Source: Phoronis australis (Eukaryota; Animalia; Phoronida). From it: a stretch of 64,000 nt of DNA. Position numbers and translations under genes: made by a program. This document shows, in pieces, positions 59,401 to 64,000 of the stretch (position 1 is its first letter; every line of letters starts with the position of its first letter). The notes below the pieces were generated by a model that saw only the letters and a list, made by a program, of their open reading frames with translations, had not been told where the DNA came from and searched no databases. The stretch is from the NCBI GenBank assembly GCA_002633005.1, contig NMRA01000337.1:310001-374000 (forward strand). The letters run 5' to 3'.

Positions 59401-62400
59401 AACATGCTGATCATTTTTTTTTCGAAAAATAGATTTAACACGAACCAATGCACGTTGTACCAGACATGCGCAAGCCGCGCATGTGAGCCCATTGTACTGA
59501 TCACCTGGAAACATTTTTTTGTGCGCTTTATTAATATCTATTTAAAACTGAGCTGAGGAGCTATAGACCTGACTCAAGGGTCTAGCAGCTTGCGGCCCAG
59601 CGAGACTCGAACCCACGACCTCAAGAGAGAAAGTGGACACCCCTCACACTAGGCCACACTGCCTCCTCGCTCAGTTTGTTACCTTTAATTAGGAATTGAA
59701 ACAACTGTAGCAGAAGACTCTAGTACTTACTCATTGTGAGTTGATAATAGATAAAGTGAGTATTCATGTCGAGTCTTGAAACAACCTTTGGGCTCTGGAC
59801 AACACTTGAAACATTTCCATGACTGAAACACACAGACATTCCTAAACATTTGCATAACAGAAACGCACAGACAGTTAGAAATATTTGCATGACTGAAACA
59901 CACAGACAGTTAGAAATATCTTAAACACTTTTTAGATTTTCTTATATATATAATACACTGATTGTGTTCCCGACACGCAGATCATCAACAAAATGGGTTG
60001 TTTTAAAATTAATTTGTATTTTTTAGAACTTAATAATAATGACAATAATAATAATAACTATAATAAGAACGCTAATAACAACAATAATAACAGCAATAAT
60101 AATAACAAATGTAATACTCCTAAATTACTTACAGCTTCATCAATTGCGTCGGGATCCTCTCCATCTTGTGAAAAGTCACTTGTCACTGAAGTTCTACCAT
60201 CATCCTCTTCACCATTCAAATTGTTCACCTTGTATTCACTTGCTCCAGAGCTCCTCCTGGTGTTAGCACTGTGCATAGAGCTCTGACGGCTCAAATTGTT
60301 CGATTGGAACTTTGGATGTCCATTTAATGAGCTGTTAAGAGAGCTCTGTCTACTCAGGCTTTTTTCACTGTTGATTGAATTCTTTGGTGAGAGTTTCCTG
60401 TGATTTTTAATAGAGCTCTGAGGACTCAGACCCTTGCGACTGCGAATACTGCCTTGTGGACTTCTTTGGTTGTTGAGTGGCACGGCTTGGCCATTACATT
60501 CACTGTGAACATGAGTGTTAAGATCAGTGTCATAAAAACATAATCCAAGATTGGTTAAAGTGAGATCGTGTGTGCATAACCTGGGCTCACAACAACATAA
60601 ATGACTATTATGTTGGCACATGCACATATTTCAATGGCAAATCCTTTTTTGGTGTTGTGAATTTTTGAGGCAACGAATTAGGCACAGGCAATATCTCACT
60701 TTAATATCCATTTTAAAAAATACACTTTTTTACGTATCAACTGCAAAATTAAACAAAAGTTGTGGTTCACAAACCCCACACACACCAGTCTACACCTCAT
60801 CATTGCATAACATCCCACAGTTACATGAAGCAAAGCAAACCAGGACAGGAAATACATAAAAGTTTGCATGCAAAAGCAACTGATGCAAGCTAGCTAGATT
60901 CAAATCAAATTTCTTGAAAAGCTCCAGCGTAGTGGAAGGAAAATCAAAACCAAAAAGATGTCCGAGCACTTCACAATGAAGAGAGGAAAGTCACTATTGG
61001 CTTGAACCACAATAAAGCTGACTGTGCATTTGCAACAGCTTCACGACTGACCACCATGTCAAATAATAAAACGTAATCCATAACCAGTCCTCAAGGGAGG
61101 CCAAAATTGAAGGACACTGACATTTTATCAAAATCAAGCTATCTGGTGACCCTACGGGGCACTAATGCTAAACTCGTGCAAAATGTCCAATGAGAAGGGA
61201 AATGGATTACAATTTGTGCAATATAAATTATAAAATTTCAGAAAGTAGGTTGAATGAAGTTTGAATTTGATCATTCGCTAAATGCCCTCCTTGAGACATC
61301 TTAACGCACAAGATCAAATCTATTCACTAGTCAAGCTACATAAAACTGAAATTCTAGTGCAAACTAGATTTAGTAAAAGACAAACTCTGTGCATGCATTA
61401 CACTTGTTGTAAGGCTGGTACCACCAAATAACACTGATTGTCTGTGAACTATGTTCCAGGAATTACATAACGCGAAATGATCGTGATAGAATCTCTGGGG
61501 TTAAAGGGGCTATAAACTTGACACGCTTTTATCAGCGATTTCAATAGTTCATTACCCACTCGGCTGTGGGGGCAATAAACACGATAATTATGCCTGGTCT
61601 GGCGATGGAACTACTTTCAAGTGAATGGTGAGATGCCTTGAACGTCAACACAACATTCATATATGAAACTTTTTTCGGCGGCCAAATTTACGATTCAATA
61701 ACACCGCATGACATTAAATTAATACAGTACAGCACTTTTTCGACATGTCTGTTAAGTAAACCCAATACCTACAGAATTAAAAGGTTCCGGAAAAGCACAA
61801 TCGAGTCGCATTATGACGTACCTGTTGTTTTACAACATTCGATCGCTTCAATATACTCCTTCTACAATTTGTTTTTAACAAACACGGATACAAAATTTGT
61901 AACACATGCTTGTATGTGGATGGTATAACAACCAAATAACAATGTTGCGGTGGAATCCACGTTCAGCATTGATCGTAGTGTGGTGGTCTTAAAAAGTTCA
62001 CGATAATTCTTGTGGAAAATAGATGGAAGTTTGAAGCAAATTCGGTAAATTTTCAACAATTTTAGTATCATTTTTGTCTAACTTCCTTCCGGATTTTCGC
62101 CACGACATCCAACAAAAACTCTGGAAATTAGAGTCATTTTTCGGCAGATTTTCATCGGGATTTTCGCTTTATGACAAAAATGTATGAGCTTGAACACGGT
62201 CACCCGTCGCTCTCATTTTGAAATGGCGAAAAACGGCTGTGGCACTGTGCAAATTAGACCGTGGCAGATTCATATATTCGTGAAGTTTTTTACTTTCTCA
62301 GGAATTTTAACTCGGGTTTACTGACATTCCACGCTAATTTCTGTGAATTTACTATGAAATTATATGTGCAAATTAAATTCTTAATGGATATGAAATTCAA

Positions 62401-63795
62401 TACAAAGGAAACCACTTTAACACGTAGTAATACCAAAAGTTACTTCAAACTCGGCTGATCTGACCGAAGCAACCTCAGCTAAAACTTCACCGATATTTAC
62501 AGAGACAGCAAATACGGAGGTCAAAATTTTATGAAGATTTCGAATTTTCTATTAGTTTAAATCCATCAGAAAAGCGAAAAAGTAAAAACAGAGGTGTTAT
62601 TTCTTTAGGCAACTCTTATCTGAACGCTATCAGCTAATGTGTATTAGAGTGAAATAGCATGTTACTGAACAAATAAAGGCATGTGGTTTACTCAGGAATT
62701 TCGACTATCACGACCAAAACACGTTATGTAGTTATAGTACAACCAGACCCTCCTGTTGGTGGGCTATTTAACAACAGCAAGGTCAACTGAACTACAGTAC
62801 ATCTCATACAACAGTGGCAAAGGGCAGGCATGGGAACCAATACGCGCAGCATATCTCCATGCAGTAGAGCGAACAACATAAACGTGCATCTTTAATTACC
62901 TGAAGTGATATGTAATACAGAATCTGTGGATCAGATATGAGAGTATGACAGTAACATGTGACCACGGCCACAATACAACATTATGCACTTATAGATATGT
63001 TCATTTTATGCTACTACGCTAAACTGAAATGCGCCAGTTATCAGCTGCCATTTCTTTAAAGCTTCATTAGGCTTCATTTAGCATGAAAATGGAATTAGCG
63101 CTTTTACTCTGATAAAATCAGGCGTGTAATATTCCTTAGCGTGATAACATTCCATTTGCATACTGAAATATGCACGTTTTCTTGTCATGAAAATAGAATA
63201 GTTGAGATAATTTCTACTCGAATTTATAAGAATAAAATGCCCAACTTGAATTTCATTTTCAGTCTTCTACAAAGTCTCACAAGATTATGCTTTTCTCGTG
63301 CGAAACTAGGTCTACAGAAAACTCTCCAACTTTTTTCTTTATTTAGACATTTGGCTAAAACATATCTCTACAATATCTAAGTCCCTCAAAAGGTGATGCA
63401 ACAAACTCGAAGGGTTTTCAACTGTTACGTCTGTTGCTGTTACTTCCAGAAGTTTGTTAATTTTAAGGTCAAACCTCAAGCAGTTTCACTGTCCCGAGCC
63501 CAAGTGTCCTTATGATGGCTGCGGTCTTCATAAATAAAGATAAATTCAACCAATGTTTTCAAAGATTGCAATAAAATTTCTTGCAGGCATATTTCAAGTT
63601 TGCAACATGACAAGTCATGCAATAAGCAGTGCGTTTGCAGGTCAGTAAAATGACCGTGGTTTTCTTGTGAAGATCTGTGATACCTCCCGTACCTGTTGGT
63701 GTTTTGTGGACTACACTTGTATGACTTGTTGCTGAATACATCATCCTCACCATCACTCTCCTCCGACTGACCTCCCACCAGGCTTGCTTTGTCCT
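34763..63795 (-). CDS. Cav3 (CACNA1G/H/I family): T-type voltage-gated calcium channel alpha-1 subunit (Cav3), 3' 17 coding exons; 5' part lies beyond 64000
   Basis: S4 segments [17 protein letters not shown] and [16 protein letters not shown]; pore loops LATKDGW (DIII) and VATGDNW (DIV), the DD of the T-type EEDD filter; [16 protein letters not shown]; [17 protein letters not shown]. All junctions GT-AG and in phase. Confidence 0.97.
36395..36555. repeat. ~44-bp tandem repeat of SINE-head-like sequence (continues at 37498-37570)
   Basis: GTGATTAGGGCTCTGGTCTTTCACCTCTGAGGTTCA units; the last copy runs into GTTCAAATCC (B-box-like). Confidence 0.6.
36556..37497. mobile_element. TIR element inserted in a tandem repeat of SINE-head-like sequence
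   Basis: Imperfect CATAA..TGAGA / TCTCA..TTATG termini; host unit TTTCA|CCTCTGAGG resumes after it; internal 15-bp perfect stem at 36579-36618. Confidence 0.5.
37854..37960. mobile_element. 107-bp MITE
   Basis: Perfect 15-bp inverted ends TAGGCAGATCCATGA...TCATGGATCTGCCTA. Confidence 0.65.
38834..38954 (-). CDS. Cav3: Cav3 C-terminal exon (TDIKG...[11 protein letters not shown]...)
   Basis: CAG acceptor, G|GTAAAT donor, phases 0/1 fit both neighbours. Confidence 0.75.
40072..40176 (-). CDS. Cav3: Cav3 proximal C-terminal exon ([10 protein letters not shown]...); alternative donor at 40054
   Basis: ESNK follows MKHL(D/E) in Cav3 channels; CAG acceptor, GAG|GTATGT donor. Confidence 0.85.
41276..41389. 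repeat. 16-bp minisatellite, ~7 copies
   Basis: GAGACCCTCACTGGTA. Confidence 0.9.
41824..41979 (-). CDS. Cav3: Cav3 IVS6 exon (DTLREDC...[18 protein letters not shown])
   Basis: Manual translation; TAG acceptor, GAC|GTGAGT donor. Confidence 0.95.
42704..42825 (-). CDS. Cav3: Cav3 DIV pore exon ([28 protein letters not shown])
   Basis: Selectivity-filter Asp; CAG acceptor, AAG|GTTTGT donor. Confidence 0.96.
43354..43503 (-). CDS. Cav3: Cav3 IVS4-S5 exon ([30 protein letters not shown])
   Basis: CAG acceptor, G|GTAAGC donor. Confidence 0.96.
44319..44449 (-). CDS. Cav3: Cav3 IVS3-S4 exon (WNQLD...[18 protein letters not shown])
   Basis: TAG acceptor, G|GTAGGC donor. Confidence 0.96.
44770..44879 (-). 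CDS. Cav3: Cav3 IVS2 exon ([20 protein letters not shown]); absent from the ORF track
   Basis: Manual translation; CAG acceptor, AG|GTGAGC donor. Confidence 0.95.
45367..45518 (-). CDS. Cav3: Cav3 IVS1 exon (IPYYSYYS...[24 protein letters not shown]); absent from the ORF track
   Basis: Manual translation; CAG acceptor, CAA|GTAAGT donor. Confidence 0.95.
46175..47835 (+). mobile_element. Helentron/HINE-like element, copy F (full length, ~10 modules)
   Basis: 5' ACAAGAGAAATGTGCCCACA head whose ATGTGCCCACA is an imperfect inverted copy of the 3' TGTGGGTGCAT; 3' hairpin ~47795-47829 plus A-run. Confidence 0.75.
48598..49552. repeat. 59-bp satellite array, ~16 copies
   Basis: AACCTGACTACACAAACAGTTCTATTGAYAAATGCCTGTCTTCTTGCACAGTTACTTAY. 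Confidence 0.95.
49585..50223. mobile_element. Foldback element, ~270-bp inverted arms around a ~90-bp spacer
   Basis: 49585-49857 is the reverse complement of ~49944-50223 with long exact runs (e.g. CTTGTTTCATTCTCAAGTGGAAATAAAATGACGCAGTAATGCCACCA). Confidence 0.9.
50430..50785. repeat. 25-bp minisatellite, ~14 copies
   Basis: ATGTACTAGGACCGACATGAGTGAS. Confidence 0.9.
51029..51156. repeat. 41-bp perfect tandem repeat, 3 copies
   Basis: AAAATTAACCAGACTATACAATGAGACATAACTTATTTACT. Confidence 0.9.
51425..51617 (-). CDS. Cav3: Cav3 IIIS6 / III-IV linker exon (alternative 3' end at 51410)
   Basis: PIENYNEW...[15 protein letters not shown]; phase-1 donors A|GTAGGG and G|GTTCGT. Confidence 0.93.
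51915..53534. mobile_element. ~1.6-kb non-autonomous TIR element
   Basis: ACCGCATTTATCCACCTT ... AAGGTGGATAAATACGGT (one mismatch) plus inverted subterminal ATAATTGGCT; CpG-rich interior. Confidence 0.6.
53678..54034 (-). repeat. 30/27-bp tandem repeat of the Cav3 DIII pore exon end plus donor site, 12 units
   Basis: Minus-strand unit GCTGTTGTTGTGGATCAGCAG|GTTAGTAAT; the first unit is the real exon end. Confidence 0.92.
54012..54101 (-). CDS. Cav3: Cav3 DIII pore exon ([30 protein letters not shown]); absent from the ORF track
   Basis: Manual translation; selectivity-filter Asp; CAG acceptor, CAG|GTTAGT donor. Confidence 0.96.
54651..54776 (-). CDS. Cav3: Cav3 DIII turret exon (LFKGMLYYC...YNFDDLGQ)
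   Basis: CAG acceptor, CAG|GTAATT donor. Confidence 0.95.
55828..56139 (-). CDS. Cav3: Cav3 IIIS3-S5 exon
   Basis: S4 voltage sensor and [24 protein letters not shown]; CAG acceptor, CAA|GTAAGT donor. Confidence 0.96.
57399..57591 (-). CDS. Cav3: Cav3 IIIS1-S2 exon ([21 protein letters not shown])
   Basis: Conserved [10 protein letters not shown]; CAG acceptor, AAG|GTATTC donor. Confidence 0.95.
57616..57763. repeat. ~150-bp palindrome (65-bp arms)
   Basis: AAATAAAACAACAAAAATGGATCACTGAAATTTTCGGATAT...ATATCCGAAAATTTCAGTGATCCAGTTTTGTTGTTTTATTT. Confidence 0.85.
58400..58665. repeat. Low-complexity repeat built on the palindrome ATATGGTACCATAT, with locally inverted units
   Basis: Many GGTACC-centred units; CACATTAT switches to ATAATGTG around 58565-58625. 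Confidence 0.75.
59590..59668 (-). mobile_element. tRNA-derived SINE head
   Basis: A-box-like TGGCCTAGTG and B-box GGTTCGAGTC at tRNA spacing; no convincing full cloverleaf. Confidence 0.6.
59731..59822 (-). CDS. Cav3: Cav3 exon ([30 protein letters not shown]); absent from the ORF track
   Basis: Pre-IIIS1 YSLY motif; CAG acceptor, GA|GTAAGT donor. Confidence 0.9.
59818..59922 (-). repeat. 35-bp triplication spanning a Cav3 acceptor site
   Basis: GTCTGTGTGTTTCAG|TCATG at 59823 (real) and 59893; the middle copy has lost the AG. Confidence 0.85.
60031..60110. repeat. (AAT/AAC)n microsatellite
   Basis: Direct reading. Confidence 0.85.
60133..60502 (-). CDS. Cav3: Cav3 II-III linker exon (ECNG...LSPQSS repeats...DAIDEA)
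   Basis: CAG acceptor, GCT|GTAAGT donor, CNG motif typical of Cav3 linkers. Confidence 0.85.
61501..62700. mobile_element. Probable DNA-transposon fragment (TTAAAGGGG start, Kolobok-like); other end not found
   Basis: TTAA|AGGGGCTATA followed by a CpG-enriched non-coding tract. Confidence 0.3.
63693..63795 (-). CDS. Cav3: Cav3 II-III linker exon ([33 protein letters not shown])
   Basis: CAG acceptor, AG|GTACGG donor; phase 2 matches the next exon; poorly conserved region. Confidence 0.65.
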
Positions 63796-64000
63796 CTGTT
63801 GAACAATCATTGTTACATTAAGGGAATACCAGACAAAAGTGCAAATTTCACACATAAAACCAATTAATTTTAACGTATATAAGGTTAAGTACCTATATGT
63901 CATCGTGGAGATTTTTGATCCACTTCCGACGGTGGACAACAAGTATGATGACATCAAACCTTATTACATTGCCATGGAAGTTTCATGAGTGGCTATCCCA

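Noticed and set aside
59590-59668. Possible tRNA gene
   Set aside because: Has A/B boxes but no well-paired acceptor stem or anticodon arm; treated as a SINE head.
59993-60286. Poly-Asn ORF
   Set aside because: An AAT microsatellite plus the antisense strand of a Cav3 exon.

Overview
AT-rich, intron-rich animal DNA, probably a bilaterian invertebrate (the clade is inference). Two genes lie head-to-tail on the minus strand. (1) The 3' half of a T-type voltage-gated calcium channel (Cav3, CACNA1G/H/I family): 17 phase-consistent exons from 63795 to the stop at 34763, covering the II-III linker, domains III and IV (pore residues KDGW and GDNW) and the C-terminus. (2) The 5' part of BTAF1/Mot1: 20 phase-consistent exons from the ATG at 27753 to 134, continuing off the window. 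Introns and the intergenic gap hold many minisatellites, foldback/MITE elements, tRNA-derived SINE heads and a Kolobok-like element with a decayed THAP domain. Main observations: (a) a Helentron/HINE-like family (7 segments, all in one orientation) built of ~140-160 bp modules, each centred on a CTCF-consensus-like 14-mer, giving about 35 co-oriented sites with one array between the two genes; (b) two Cav3 tandem repeats that grew out of real splice sites (12 copies of a donor, 3 of an acceptor) where use of the extra sites gives an in-frame stop, plus a 59-bp array whose unit reads like a miniature GT-AG intron; (c) an unusually acidic Cav3 III-IV linker with an exon-25c-like alternative donor. 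Coordinates were read by eye: exon ends were checked for GT/AG and phase, repeat boundaries are approximate.
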